Shown here piece after piece: positions 34,848-49,071 of a stretch of 64,000 nt of DNA. A program made the position numbers and the translations under genes. The notes beneath the pieces were generated by a model. That model had not been told where the DNA came from. It ran no database searches and saw only the letters and a program-made list of their open reading frames with translations. How positions within the stretch are numbered: the stretch's first letter is position 1; the number at the start of each line of letters is the position of its first letter. Source of the DNA: Vicugna vicugna (lineage: Eukaryota); the NCBI GenBank assembly GCA_013265495.1, contig MU057711.1:1178001-1242000 (forward strand), read 5' to 3'.

Positions 34848-37060
34848 TGATGAAATTTTGAAAGTTCAAAAAGGATCTCAGGCTTTGAAAGTCATAGTAA
34901 GAAGAGTTCGGAATAATCCAGGATTGATTTCAAGTCTAATTGAATCTCAAGGTGGGATGGGGACCATTATAAGTGTGCAACAGTTTTGGTAATACGTGGA
35001 GGAATGACTTTTATTTTAAGAGTTATGTGGTCATGCTAATTAATTGTAACAAGTGATCCAGTCTTTCATCTATGGCAAGTATGTTGTGAAGTTTCCCTTT
35101 ACAAATAAATAAAATAAATCAAAGCAAGGGAAGAATAATTGGTACAGGTGATAGGTGGATATGGCAAAACCTGTGAAGATGCCGTGTGAGTGAGTGACAT
35201 TTGGGAACCCCCAGGCCGTACAGAGAAAGGAAGAGGCAGTGCTGATGGATGTGGCTGAGCCAGCTGGGCTCTGGGCAGGGCCTGGGCCCCTGGGAGTGAC
35301 TCGGATCCCCTCTGTGCAGAGCTGGCCACCTGCTGCCTAAGCCTGGGCTCCTGTGGGCTGCTGACTCCCGGAGAAGGGAGGCCCAGAAAGCAACCCTGCT
35401 TGTGGGGGTGCAGAGCAGCAATGGCACCTCCAATCTGTTACCGTCAAGTTATAATTGCCATCTTCCTGAAGTGTGGTTTGCCTCATTAGGCTTGAAATAA
35501 ACATCTTATATTTTTGTCACAATTTCCATTCTGGCTTTGTTTCTGCTGACCTCATTTCCTCCTCATGCTTCATCCTCTCCTGCTTTGCAGAATGAGGTGG
35601 GGCCAGTGTGCAATGGACCACGCTGTCACCAAGATGCTTGATATTTATATGGAGCCCTCAACTCAGATGCCAGGCCCAGACAAAAGACAGACCATGGGAA
35701 GCAGAGAGATGGAGAGACAGAAACACATAGTGAGAGGAACTGTTACAGTACAGAAGTCTCCACACCGCTCAAAGCCATTTGAAATCTTCAATGTCCAACC
35801 TTCTTCCTTATTCTTCACCCCAGGAAAAGGAGAGGAGCCACGGTTTCTACTCTGTTTTTCTCTTGCTGTCAAAGGCTCCACTCCAGTCATTCCTGTGCCC
35901 TTTTCATATAGAAAAGACTACATGAAGATGAAAAATGACCTGAGTCAGCCTCTTGGCTGAAGTAGGGCATCTCTCCAGCTTCTCCTAGTCACTCTTAAGA
36001 CAACTTCCCTTCAGTTTTTCTACCTTTAGAAAGATATCCATTTTGATGTGATTGGGTTCCATCTGTTCGCCCATCCATCCATCCGTCTATCCATCCAATG
36101 TATTTGATGATAGTTACTGGAGTCTTTGCTCTGTGGGGTGGGTTAGTGTAGAGGAAGGGCTGGAGAAGTTATATGGGGTCAATATTCACAGCCTTACAGC
36201 CAGCCTATGAGGAAGGTAAGATAAAGCTAACTTTCTGCTTGTACATGTAGAAAAGGTGAGATTGAGGGAGGATTAAGATGTGTCAAGGTTATAAAACAAG
36301 TGTGTGCTGGAGCAAGCTCAGAACCCAGGTCGTGTTCCACATCCTCCATCTGCGTGGGGGAGTTAAGGTTGGAGAAGAGGCTGGGGCTAGAAGCTGGACC
36401 GCTGCTTCCAGAGGAAACTGTGGTGCATTTTCCCCCACCCTAAATTTGTGTTACCTTATGCCCTGTCTTAATAGCAGCCCAATTCAGTGAACTTTTAGAA
36501 AAACTATTTAACCACACTCAGATGCATTTTTAAGTCCCTTCTACTTCCATTGGGGAACAAAAAAATCTCAGTTCCGACATAGGACTTGGACATTACAAGT
36601 AAAACCCAGGTTAGCTCTAAATTATCCACGTACGACCCAGAGAGCAGAAGGGGCACAGCATCTGAGTCTCCACATTTGCCATGTGCATTTTCTGGGCTTG
36701 CCTCTGTCCCTGGGATGTCAGATACAATGGAAATTTAAAACACATGAGACAGACACAAGGCCTGATCAAGAGCTTTGACCCAGGGCCAGCAGGGATTCTA
36801 TTTTTTCATTCTGTTCCTTGCTTTGATGGACACAGAATCTCATCTGTTGGGCTGATGCAGAGGATCAGACTAAGCAGAGACAGTGGCTGAAAAGCTTCCT
36901 GTGGAGCAGAAGAGGTGGCTAAGAGGGTTTTTCTGATATGCAGGGAAGGCAAAAATAGGAGAATGAGATGTAAGCACCTTATTTAGAGTAGCCCTTCACC
37001 TCCCTACCACGTCACTCCCATTTCTACTGTCTTCACAGCATCTGTGTTGCTCTGAAATTT

Positions 37061-37155
37061 CTTTTCTTTTCCTTAAGTTTTTTTTTTTTTAATGGAGGTA
37101 CTGGGGATTGGACATGCTAGGCATGTGCTCTGCCATCGAGCTAGTCCCCACTCCA
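37061..37155 (-). mobile_element. tRNA-Ala-derived SINE with internal deletion
   Basis: GGAGGTACTGGGGATTG...GAGCTA; perfect 12-bp TSD GCTCTGAAATTT at 37049-37060 and 37156-37167. Confidence 0.88.
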
Positions 37156-38043
37156 GCTCTGAAATTTATTATTCTTTGTTATTCACTTGTTATTGTCCGT
37201 CTTCTTACTAAAAGGAAAGCTCCGTGAGAGCAGGGATCTGGTCTACCTTGAGCAGATCTTCTAGAATGGCATCTGGCCCAGAGGTGCCAAATACATATTC
37301 ACTGACAGCAAGAACAAGGAAGTGATTGCTAAAAATGGTGTTGAGGGAGATCACCTGCAAAGCAGGACGGACAGGTAATAGACATGGCTGTGAAGGTGGC
37401 TGACCTTACCAAGAAGCAAAGAAATGCAGACAGTGGTGCCTAAGTTTACTGGCTTTGGATTTAGATCCGGTCCTCATCCCAATTTCCTCATCTATAAATG
37501 AGTTAAGACTATTTCTTGAGTACCTACTCTGTGCCAGGCTCCATGGTGATCTAGAGAAATCTACTTCTCCTGTGGACTGAATTCAGGCAGGTGTCCACTC
37601 CTATAAGTAAACAAAGGAGCACATATCCTGCAAGAACTAAAAGGGAAGAAGGACAAGGATGACTCTTCTAGGCAGTCAGAGAAGACCTGAAGGAACTGCT
37701 GAAGCCTGCCTGAAGGTGTGTGTGGAGGTCTTTCAGATAAGGGAGACAGCATGCACTAAGGAAGGCAGCTAGGAGCTCCAGCATTAAAGCAACTGCACTT
37801 AGATGTCACGGCATATATGAGATGTCGTGGGGCCCGAGGCAAGAAATGAATGTGGAGAGATAGGCATGGACCAGATATGCTTCATAGGCTTGTGAGGATT
37901 CCAGGGATCATTCATTCATTCATTTACCCATTTACATATTGAATAAATTTATTGGGTGCCTTCCATAGGTCAGGAATTATTCCCAGCACTGGGGATACAG
38001 TGGTAGAAAAACAGAAAAATTTCCTGCCCTTAAGATCATCTAT

Positions 38044-38326
38044 GCTACTAGGGATGTAATGTACAACATGACGATGGTTCCCAGTGCTGTTATGATGTAT
38101 ATGAAAGTTGTTAAGAAAGTAAATTCTAAGAGTTCTTATTATAAGGAGAAAATGTTTTCTTTATTTTTACCATTTCTTTTTTATGGTATCTATACAAGAT
38201 GATGGATGTTCACTAAACTTATTGTGATAATCATTTTACAATGTATGTAAGTCAAACCTTGATGCTGTATACCTGAAACACATACAATGACGTATGTCAA
38301 TTACATCTCAGCAAAACTTGGAGAAA
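38044..38326 (+). mobile_element. L1 3' UTR fragment inserted in an L2
   Basis: GGGATGTAATGTACAACATG...TATGTCAATTACATCTCA; TSD AAGA(T/G)CATCTAT at 38032-38043 and 38327-38338. Confidence 0.8.
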
Positions 38327-38597
38327 AAGAGCATCTATTCTAGCTGAGGAAGACAGATGCTAAACAGGAATAAGTAAATTATTTGAGTATGTTAGAAAGT
38401 AGTAACAGTTATGGAGAAAAATAGAACAAAGGAGGGGGCATGGAGAATGCCATGGGGAGGGATTTTTGCAGTGTCATGTAGTATGGTCAGGGCAGGCCTT
38501 AATGACTTGAAAGGAGATAATTCCCATAAAGATATAGAGATTTCAGCAGAGTGCTAGTACACATCAGGGCCTCAATAAGCCAATTAGCCAGTTAACT

Positions 38598-38745
38598 GTG
38601 ATGATGATGATGGTAGTGATGATGATAATGATGAGATGGTGATGATGGTGGTGATGATGGAAATGCTATTGGTGATGATGGTGCTGATGATGATAATGAT
38701 GGTGATGATGGAGATGGTGATGGTGATGATGAAGATGATGATGGA
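38598..38745. repeat. Degenerate (GAT/GGT)n trinucleotide repeat
   Basis: About 150 bp of GATGATGGT units; explains the Met/Val-rich ORF at 38636. Confidence 0.92.
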
Positions 38746-40334
38746 GAAAATAAAGAAGAAGGGCAAAGAGAAGGGGGAGGAGTCAGTAATGGGAAGTCCT
38801 TTGCGAGAACTCTTTCCTGACCAGCCCATCACCAGGAAGGACCTTTCTTCTCTCTTTTGCCTGTTACTGCCTCCTCTAGTTCTTGGGCCTGGTGGGGTCT
38901 CAGGTGGCCATTTTTAGCACCAGAAGAAGCGCACAAATGGTGGCGAATTCCTTCAGAAATTTATCTTCCAAAAATTGCTTTCCATCCATTTTGCTCCAAT
39001 TCTGCTTTATTTATTACCTAGCAGTGAGCAGATGGAGCCATTTTTTCTCAGGGCTGCCTGAAAGAGAAGCATTGCAATGGTGCAGCAGGCTCGGGGGCTG
39101 ATTTATGAGCTGTGTGCCCCCAGGAGCCAGGCCCAATGCCCCTACCCATACCTACAGCTGGCAGAATGTAACACTATCTGACCTGACTCCCTGTGGGCTG
39201 CCATTTGGGGAGGGTGCTATAGGTACTGACACGTTACCTGGTCAAAGAAATCTCATCTGCTCCCATCTTGTGCTGTTGGAGTCTCTCCCTCCAGGCCTCT
39301 AACCCTGGTCTCACCTCGGTGAGCAGGTGGGAGAGAAAATGTTTCTCAAGACAAAGGCAGTTTCCTACTGCCAAAGGAAACACTCGACCACATCTTTAAT
39401 CATCTGAGTTTTCAGAGAGCTGCTCAGTTGAGCCATTTAGAAGTTATTATAGAAGCTAATTTCTTCTTTGACATTTTCCATTGAATTTTCAGTTCCCTCA
39501 TTCAAACTTGAAAGGATTATGATCCCATAATGTGGCCTATAAACCCACATTATAACTACCAATTTGACCAAATCTTTATCTTTCCTGCTTACTTGGTGCA
39601 TGGCTGGGCAAGTTGTTGAGCTTCACCAAACCTTAGTTCCACATTTGTAAGATGGGGTGGCTCTTGGTGTCTGTCTCATAGGACCACGGTGAGGATTAAA
39701 TGAGGTAATGACTCAGGGGCCCCCACTTAGCCATCAGAGTCAGGAGACTTGGCTGCAACAAGATTAGGAAGGAGTTGGCTTCCTATTTTATTCCCCTTAC
39801 ATGATCTCCTGGCTTTTCTCCCAGCTGATATCTAGACCCTGTTTTGTTATTTGCTTGCTGACTGAATGTTGCTGGGCCCAGGGAGAGACCTAAAGAGCCA
39901 GAAGCCTGTTTACTTCTGTGTCTTCAGTGTTTTGAAGGATGCGATGACTATACTGTGCCCCAAGCTCCCGGACAGGAGGCAAGGGTTACAGTGGGGGAGG
40001 ACCATGGCGAGAGCTCAGCCACATTGGTCCTCCTGAAGGTGCTCCCTTCCTCCACCTCTTCCCATCAGAACGTGTCATACTGGGAGGGAGCTAGATTGGG
40101 AATGTCAGCGTATAACATCCTTGTGAAAGCTCCTCTCCCTGAATCAGTATTTACCTATGACATTAGGTAATCCCTTAACACATGGAAGACTTTCTGGATC
40201 AATGTACTTTCCTGAGTCTTCCAGGCCAATTGTGCACAAGGTCTCAGTCTCAGAAACCTGAGGTCCTGGTGGTTACCACCCCAACGGTTTGGGTCCTGTC
40301 TAATAACCCTCTTTCTCTTTATATATTCTCAATC

Positions 40335-40525
40335 AGCAGAGCCCAATAAAACTGTCTGCAACAATGGAAATGTTTTTTATCTTTGCTGGGCAATATGGTA
40401 GCCACCAGCCACAAGTGGTTATTGAGCCCATGTGGCTCATGTGACTAAGGGACTAAATTTTTAATTTAATTGAATTCATTTCAATAGCTATAGTGTGGCT
40501 AGGGCTACCATATTGAACAGCACAA
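40335..40525. mobile_element. MER3-like hAT-Charlie MITE
   Basis: CAATATGGTAGCCACCAGCCAC and its inverted copy GTGGCTAGGGCTACCATATTG. Confidence 0.8.
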
Positions 40526-41702
40526 GTCTTAACAGACTTTCTTTCATTTTACGGAGTTAGTATTTGCCGGAGATGAAGGGTGTGAGGGCCTCCAGGAGGC
40601 CAGCCCCCGTGCCAGGCTCTGCAAGGGGACACATGGGAAGAGAGGCTTAGTGGCTACTCCATGCCTTGGAAAAGTTTCACTTCTTACTCGGGAGGAGAGA
40701 TGGAGGTGAGACAATTGAAGGCAGAAGCAAGTGCTGGGTGAAGGATCTGCAGATGCTGTTAGTCTTGTCTGCCAAGCAGAGAGTAATTTCCTGGAGAGCA
40801 GGGGTCAGCTCAGCACAAGCTGAGTGCACAGTGGCTGCCTAATAAGGACAGATGTGCTAACAGGGACGTGGTCTCCAGTCAGGGGCTTGCTCAGCCATCC
40901 GGGCAGCTCGGCATGGCTGTGGGTGGGACATGGAAGGAAGAAACTCCTTGCCTGAGCTCCAGGGAGCTGAGCCCTGGTCCTGTCTCAGGTGAGGAGACAG
41001 AGCCCTGCAGAGATGCTGTCTAATCCCCCAAAACACCCCAAGTTTCCGCCCTCCAGCCCACCCAGCAGTACCACACTGGGTTCTCACAAGGGATGGCTGG
41101 TGACATCCAAACTTTCTTTCTTTGTGACTCTTTTTGGAATGGTGATCTGGCTGAACTCTCTGGAAGACACTAGAGGCACACCCCAGCCTCCTTGCCTGAT
41201 GGCTGTAATCACCAGCAAAACATTGAGGTTGGCTGGCTTGCTGGCCTCTCGATGCAGGGCAAGTGGGTTCTGTCCGTCTGTCCAGAATGAGTGGTTTCCC
41301 TGAGTCACACAGAGCCTGACTCTCCCTGGGAGCTGTGCCTTCCTCTGCTTTCACCCAGAGTAGCTCAGAGATAGTATTGGCTTCAGGATAACAACTTTTG
41401 CTCCATGAATGTCAGGGTAGATTTTTTTTTTGGTAAACAATTATTTTGAAAAATTTCCCCAACTTGTGCAGGAAGCAAATGGCTATAGTATTAATTTAAA
41501 AAACACTCATAGTGCTTTCTATGTGCCAAGACTGTTTTATGTGTTTTACAAATATGAATGTGCTTATGATTTATAACAATGCCAGGAGGAAGCTCTGTTT
41601 ATATTCCTGTCCTGAAGACTGAGGAAGCTGAGGCACAAGTAACTTAATTAACTTGCCCAAGGTTACATCGACAGTAAGAGGCAAGTTAGGAGATGAACCT
41701 GT

Positions 41703-41821
41703 AGGGTGACAAACCATCCCAATTTGCCTGGGACTGAGTGGTTGCCTGAGACCTTGGACTTCAGGTGTTAAAACCAGGACACTCCCAGGTATACCAGGAC
41801 GAGCTGGGCATCTTCTACCCT
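41703..41821. mobile_element. MER94-like hAT-Blackjack MITE next to a MIR (41490-41700)
   Basis: AGGGTGACAAACCATCCCAATTTGCCTGGGACTG...AAAACCAGGACACTCCCAGG...ACCCT. Confidence 0.7.
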
Positions 41822-41940
41822 GAGGAAGGCTAGCTCCAGATTTCCTGCTCTTAATTTCCATGCTTCATCTTCACAATGTGGGCACTGGAGGTACCTGGAA
41901 GAAGATTAGTGAATCAGAGTTAATTTTGTCCTATAGACAA

Positions 41941-41988
<48 letters not shown>
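41941..41988. repeat. (ATCT)12 microsatellite
   Basis: Perfect tetranucleotide run read directly. Confidence 0.98.
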
Positions 41989-44900
41989 GTCTGTCTATCT
42001 TTCCATCTCTCTATTTAGCTTTATCGTATATTTGTCCCATATATATATATAGCTGTATCCTATAGTCTTTCTATAAATGAGAAAGCTGAGGCCTGGCAAA
42101 TACTCACCCAGACCTCAGACCTCAGCGAAGTCAGATGCAGAGCTGGGACCACACTTTGATCTATGAAGTCCCAGCCTGGGCTCAGTCCCTGGGTTCCTGA
42201 AATTTATTTGTTCTTTTAAACCTCATATCTATGGAAAAGGGATTCAAAGTAGCCTAAAGGAAAGGATGTGATAACAAGTTGCCAAAATACAAACAGCGGG
42301 AAAAAAATCAAGACCAAAGTTTAATGCAAACACACCAGCTTTAGTAGGTAATTTGGGCTTGAGCTTCCTGGCATTCACAGTAAAAAAGGAAAGCCCTCAG
42401 AGTTTTCTCCAAGGAGACAGAAGGTTGTTATGTTTATAACTGAGTTATAATCTATTCAAGATTCTTGGATAGGAACTATTGACTAGGAGGCAGTGCTTCC
42501 TGCTAGTTTCCTATGAAGGCAGAAATGTGTTTCCATGGCGGCCCATGATACCAACCCTTTCTGAAAGACAGGGCATCTGGTTAAAACACAAGTCAGAAAA
42601 GTGACCCAGAAAGTGTCTGAGCTAAGGTGTTCCAGGTCTGAAGACCTCTGAGGGCTCAAACATAAATGCAAAAAACTCTGATGTGGGGTACACCTTATAG
42701 AACAGTTACAACTGATGGTCTGGAGGCCTGGAGCCCTGCCTGCTCCCCTGCCACCACAGCCCCGAGGCAGTCCACGCAGCTACAAAGACTCTGGAGTGAA
42801 TTCTCAACCCTGGAACTGCCCGAGGACAGACACAGGCCTTTGGAAGCCTGCTGGCACTTCCCCCACCTTGAAGGCACCCTGAGCTCTATCTAGGGTGGGT
42901 GCCCACCAGCATTGCTTCATCCTACCCTGTGCTCCAGAGGCCGGGTCCCAGCTGGGCACAAGCCGGCATTCCCTGGTCCCCTTGCCTGCAGCCAGGGGAT
43001 GGCTGACTGCTCAGCCGGGAGCCATCTGATCCTTCCTTGTTAATTTCTCATTAGGATTTTTGTTGGCTTTTCTTTTAAACAATTTCCTGGGTTTCATTCA
43101 AGGTCAAGGAGGAGGATGCCACTGAAGGAGGGGGGAGAGCCCCACCCTAATCAAATCTGAGAGGAGACAGGATAAAAATTAACCTTCATTTGAATATGTA
43201 AACAAACGCTGCGCTTGGTAACTTCCAGCAGTCCTTGGCTTGGGTCACCGAGGAGCGGCACAGTGATTCATCTGCCAGGTCTCTTCATGGCAGGAAAAAC
43301 TTTATTCTTAGAGGCTTTTTACACTTGAATAAGTGCTAAATAATAATAATAGGCCAAGTAACTCTTTCCCCTGGAAGGGTGTCAACACAGGCAGGATGGA
43401 GGAACTGAGAGTTCTAGGGAGTGAGGGGGTGACAAAATCTGGGTTGATGAATGCTGACATTCTGAATAAAATCACTCCATGCCTTCACCTAGGTCAAGAA
43501 ACGACATTGTTTTCCTGAGCCGCAGTGACAGCGAGGTGACAGAGATTAATAGCTTGGTATTGACTGAGCAACTTCGAGTTCCTTATCTCTGTCAAGTCAA
43601 GGCTGTGTCCAAGGGCTGGAAGTGTTATTAGACTTATAATTGCAAAGACATTTAAAGGGTTTCCCCTTAAGGGACTATGATATCCAATAAACCTTTCACA
43701 AAACCTCAAGCACTGGAGTACGAAGCCCGTCTGGGAGAGCGACGCGCTCCCAGCCAAGCGCCGGGAAACCTTGAAGCTGCCAGCATTGAATAATGTTTGA
43801 TTTATGAAGTTGGTTTTGAATTTGTATCAGTTGTTTTATTAAAAATATATGAAAGGAAGTTTTAAATATGAGCAAGCGCTGTAGGCGCTCAACTGCACTC
43901 AGCCGCCGCCGTCTGGCCCAGCCTCATGCTCCCTCCTGGCTCAGTTGGTCCCTCCATCCCATCCGGTGGGGAGCCAGAGGGCAGGAACCCATGGCTAATT
44001 TGTGGGCTTCACTTGGTCTGCTGAGATTAAGCCTCAATTAAGGTGCAGGGGCAGGAGAATGGGGAGTGGGCGGGTGCAGCGTGAGTCTGATCTGCCATCT
44101 GTTAGGTGGCCCAGGACATCTCTCAGCTGGGCTGCATCTACTTGTTAATAACAACAATGTCAACTCTGGAAGAGGTGTTCTGGCTTCCTTTCAGGTAGGC
44201 TGCAGCACCGGAGAATGAGGCAGGGTGAAGGTGGGTTTGTAGGAGACCTGTCTGGGGTCCTGGATGTAGAGACGGGGGACCGTGGAGCAGGTTAGGACTT
44301 TGGGCCTCACTTTACCCATCTTTCAAGTGACAGATCCCCTCCCTCCCCATCACTGCTTCCCACCCAAAAGTCCTCCTCAGAGCAGTAAGAGGAGCCCACC
44401 CAACAAGACAAGACCTTCAAGCCCAAGCTCCTGATCGTTTCAGGGCCAGAGGAACACCCCAGAGAGCGGAGTGCTAGTGGGAAGGGCAGGGGCTGAATGC
44501 CAGTGGGTGAGGCAGGCTGCTGGCATCCAGAAACGAGGTGTGTGGGATGTTGATGCTTGTTGGTCAAAGGGGCTTCCGTCTCCAGGGCCAGCCTAGGTGG
44601 CAGCCAGCACACAGACCATGGTTGGGGGTCAGGGCTTTTGTAGACACTTTGAAGGGCCCCTACTTCACATTTCACCCGGGAATGTCCTTATGTGAGGATG
44701 CTTCTCAAGGTGTGATGTACACTCGGCTGTACCCGCCCAGGCTTTCAGCGAGGAGCCCAGGGAGTGAGCAGCACGGAGGCCCCTGGGGACATCACTCTGT
44801 TCTCCCTGTCCCTCCTGCAGGGAGGAGGAAGCTGGCATCCCCCAGGCTCCGAGGGCCCTGCCTCAACTATCCCTCTGCGGCCCCCATGTCAGGCACAGAG

Positions 44901-46794
44901 TAGGAGCTTAATACATATTGGTTCAGGGAGTGGATAAAGGCCTCCGATCAGCTCCCATTCTCCCTCCCACACCACCAGTGCTGGTGAGGGCGGCCAGCCA
45001 GCAGGCCACAGCGGGGGGTGGAGGGAGCTCATTTCAGGCTTGACCTGGGAACCTCCAACAGGTGGGTGGTTTTAAAGGTCCTGAAGTACTCTGTACGCTA
45101 AGGCTGTACTCCGGTGAGGAAGCTGGGCGAGTGAGAGCTGTAGCAGGCTTCAGGGACAGGCCCTGGGAGCCCGTTTGTGGGGGTGGTCTCTCCCTCTCTC
45201 TCTCTACCTCCCTCCCGCAGTGAAGAGGAGGTCTGAGCATCCTTGAGGGGCTCACATCCACTTTTATATTACTACTGTATTGCCCTCACACCGCCGCCCT
45301 ATGCCAGGCATACTGGAGATAAATATGTGTTGAATGGATCAATGAATAAATGAAGCCATCCATCAATTTCAACCTCACCCCACCCCACCCCATTAATGCC
45401 ATCCCAGTGAGGCCGGCCAGCACACTGACTCTGCCAGGGAGCTGTGGGCATTGCAGACCCTGCCCTCCAGATCACAGTGTGACGTTTCTCCATCTTCCTC
45501 AACTCCATCTGCAGGTGTTACAATTCATCACTGCAGGCCTTCTAATGCCTTGGTACCACGTTGCACCTGAGCTGGGGCCTACACGGGCCAGGTGCTGGGT
45601 CCAGGCTGAAGGTCACAGGCAACACTTGGGTTTAAGGCACGGCTAGTATTCTTGAGCTGACAGTCCTCCAGGAGGTGGGCAGGAGGAGTGAGGGAGAGCA
45701 GGTCTGGCCCCTCGCCACACTCGGCACGGGCCTCCCACCCAAGGGGGCTCTATGTCAGTCAGCAAATGCTGGTCAGCAGGGAAGATGGCAGAGGGGTTTA
45801 CTCCCCACCTGCTGAGGTTGGGGGGGCCTTTCAGAACTCCCTGCCCCCCTGCCATGGCTGCTCCGTTCCCAGATCAGGTGGCCCTAGGCCTCCTCCGTCT
45901 CTCCTTCTTCCTGTTCCCTACTCCCCTCACTTGCTCTGGGTGGCCCGGGTGCTCTCTGATGTCCTCCATTGCCCTGCACAGCTCCTGGGTCCTGGAGACC
46001 CCGTGAGTTCTCCCACATGCTCAGGCTCACCTCATCTCTTCCTGCACCAGCTAAGCCCTGGGGCCCACGCACCTTGAGGGGACATAGTCCTGGGAGGTGT
46101 CATTGGAGATGGTGTCCCCTCTCAGGACACTGGACCCTGTCACCCTTTGTTCAGCCAGCCTCGTACCACACAAACTTCCAGCCTTGCCTCCTGGCTGGCA
46201 GCTTTGGGCCCTAGAACTTGTAAAATGCTTTGTTCTTCCCTGCCTGCTGGTAGTTTAGGCTGACTCAGTCTTTTGATGAGTTGAGCTCCTGTGATACTGA
46301 ATCTGAGGGATCGTGGGCTGTTTGGAATTTTGTCTTGAAGGTGAGCCTTTAACAGTCTGTGATGCTTTGTATTTTCCACCTGCTTCTGATTAAACTTGAG
46401 CAAATTTCAGTGCTGTAGGGTTTTAGCCACTCGAGACACCAAGGATTGGGAGAAGCAGAGAGGAACTTGGAAAGGACAGACAGAGAGGGAACTGTAAACA
46501 GTTCCCTTGAAGGGGTTCTTACGCCCTGCAGTGGCTCCCATGCCAGCTGCAGACTCAGATCACCTGGCTTTCTTTGCCCAGGTGAACTCCAGGCCGGTGC
46601 TGGGAGGAAAGTACAAAGCGCTCCCAAAGGGCAAATCAGCATGCCTCACAGAGGTTTCGCTGACCTGTGCGTCTTTCCCATGGGATTTTCCAGGGCTCAA
46701 TCATGTTACCTGATGAACTAGCCCATGCGGATAGGGGGAGCCTGAGGAGGTCTTCTCCTTCAAGAATCGGGCTGCCCTTTAATTGGAGGGAGGC

Positions 46795-47215
46795 AGTTAG
46801 GATTCTTTTGAAGCAAACGACAGAAATCCAAGCCAGGTTGATTTGATCCAAAGGAGAATGGACAGGCCCCAACAACTAAAAAGCAACTGTGGATTCAGAC
46901 AGCAGAATTCAAGGCTCAAACGTTTATTTTGGAACCTGGTCTCTCTCCATCTCTCCATGTTATTTTCCTCTGGGTCACTCATCTCACACAAGCTGGTTCC
47001 AAGTGGTACCACCAGCAGCCCCTGATTTACACTCCTTTCTTGGATGCTGTGGCGGACTTCTGGAGACTGAGTCTCACTGGACCCATCCAGGCTACGTGCC
47101 CATCTCTGAGCCAACCACGAAAGCCCGGAGGAGGTTGATTGGCCCAAACTGGGTCATGTGCCTAACCCTGGAGTCGGATCAATGCCACATAAACCACATA
47201 GATTCAGAGTGGGGT
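46795..47215 (-). mobile_element. MLT1J/K-type LTR
   Basis: CAGTTAGGATTCTTTTGAAGCAAACGACAGAAATCC...GATTGGCCCAAACTGGGTCATGTGCC. Confidence 0.7.
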
Positions 47216-49071
47216 GCAGGCAGGGGAGCAAAGCTAATGCCTATTAAAGGGCCACTGAGGACATTTGAATTTTCCAGCAGTCCTACCTTTGCTTAAGCCA
47301 TTTCTTCTACCTGGTGCTGTTACCCTCCCTCCCTGCTTTTCACCTTCACCGGCTCATGTCGAGTTAGTTGTTAATTTGATGTCCACGTGGAGAGATCTTT
47401 CCTTTTTCTATGTCTCAGTTTATGCAAAAAGAGAGGGTTAGAATAGACTCCATGACTTCTTCAAGCTCCTAAATACTAAGCTTTTCAAGGCTCAGCTGAA
47501 GTGCCACCTCCTCCAAGCAGGCCTCCAGTATGTCATCCATCTGCACAGCTCTGATTTTGACTTGAATCTTGGCTATTATGTGCACATTTTGCCTCCCTCT
47601 TATCCCATGAGCTCCTCCAGGGTAGAATCATGTGTGATTCATCCTGGATTCTTCCCTGATAGCACCTCACACACAGCAGGTACTCATAAGACTCTCAGAG
47701 TTAGAGGGACCTGGGTAACTTCTATATTTTGATCCCTCTTCTATACTAAAAAATAAAAAAATGGCAAAATGGGCCAACAAAAATTGTTTAGTTTGAATGT
47801 TTTCCTTGAACAAATAAATGCTTTCACACTGAAGCAAGCATAACACAATAACTTACTACTCTGCTCCCATAAAATACATATCTGAATAATTCTGACTACT
47901 GCAAAACATCAGAACATTTATGGCAAAATAATGACACCTCAGAACTTCTGAAACAACAGGCAGTGTTATATCAATTACCGTCTGAATGATAGGTATCCGT
48001 CACTCATAATCCCCCGACTTAATTCTGTTTTCAGTGTTCTACCACAGGTGGCAATGTCCTACAATGTAATTTGCTATTCACAAGGTAATTACAGGATTTA
48101 TTTTTAAGAACTTAATTCATAGTGCATGCCAGGTGGTGGGGTTGGGCGAGGGGACCCAGGTTTAAAGTTGGAGGATGGGGGTCTTATTTCAGTCCTCTTA
48201 TGCATCACTGTACGTTATGTAAAATGTCCTCTGGTGAAAACGTGGAGTCTACCTTTGAGGTCTTCTGTGAATCTGCAGCCACCCTCCTTTTTTCCTGTCC
48301 ACACCCGCCGTGATGAGCAGGGCACTCACTGGGCCTTTACTGTCACTGATTCAGAGACCTGACAGTGCAGTGGAGGTTTGGGGACTGACAGAAAGGGAGG
48401 GTGGTGCTGGGACCGGCTGGTATGGGCACATTTGGTGACTGTGATCACACTGCGGGAGGCTGGACAGCCTTCTCGGCCATGCATATGCATGGGCCAGCCC
48501 TGGGGAGCTGGGGAGTTGGCTGGTCTCCAGGAAGGGCACCATATGGAATGTGTGTGGGTTTTTTTTTTTCTTTCAAGACGACCAAAACAAAAGAAGTAAA
48601 AAAGGAAAAAAGGAGGAAGGAAAAGAAAGCTTAGAGATAGGATGGTACAAGATTAATGATTAAAAGAGTCATAAAGATCAGCGAACTGCTCCAGCCCTGA
48701 CATGGCCCAGATGGAGAAACTGATGAAGCGTCGGGGGGGCGTATCCAAGTCCAAAGGTGGAAGGAGATGCCAGGTATGCAGCACAGTCCCCTGGAGAAGC
48801 ATGATCTTCAGCTCCTGAGGCTTCCACTGGTCCCTCTTGGGATTTCCTAACAGGACAGCATGGCTATCTGTAGTTTCGCATTTCTGGATTCCTCTAACAA
48901 TCCAATAATTTCCTGGCCATTGGTGTTTTACATAATCAGTTCTCCAAACCTGTCACCCAAGATGATTCTTTTAAATTATATAAGCCTTTAAATTCCCCTT
49001 TTGGTTTAACGAAAAAATGTTTCATTGTGGTAAAGTAAGCTTAACGTAAAATTCACTATCTTCACCATTTT

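Noticed and set aside
38584..38917. Met/Val-rich and Ile/Thr-rich ORFs
   Set aside because: Artefacts of the degenerate (GAT)n repeat.
44199..44218. Possible REST/NRSE half-site (CAGCACC)
   Set aside because: The right half (GGACAG) is missing.
48039..48057. Possible CTCF site (ACCACAGGTGGCA)
   Set aside because: Only the 3' half fits the consensus; the 5' CCAC spacing is wrong.
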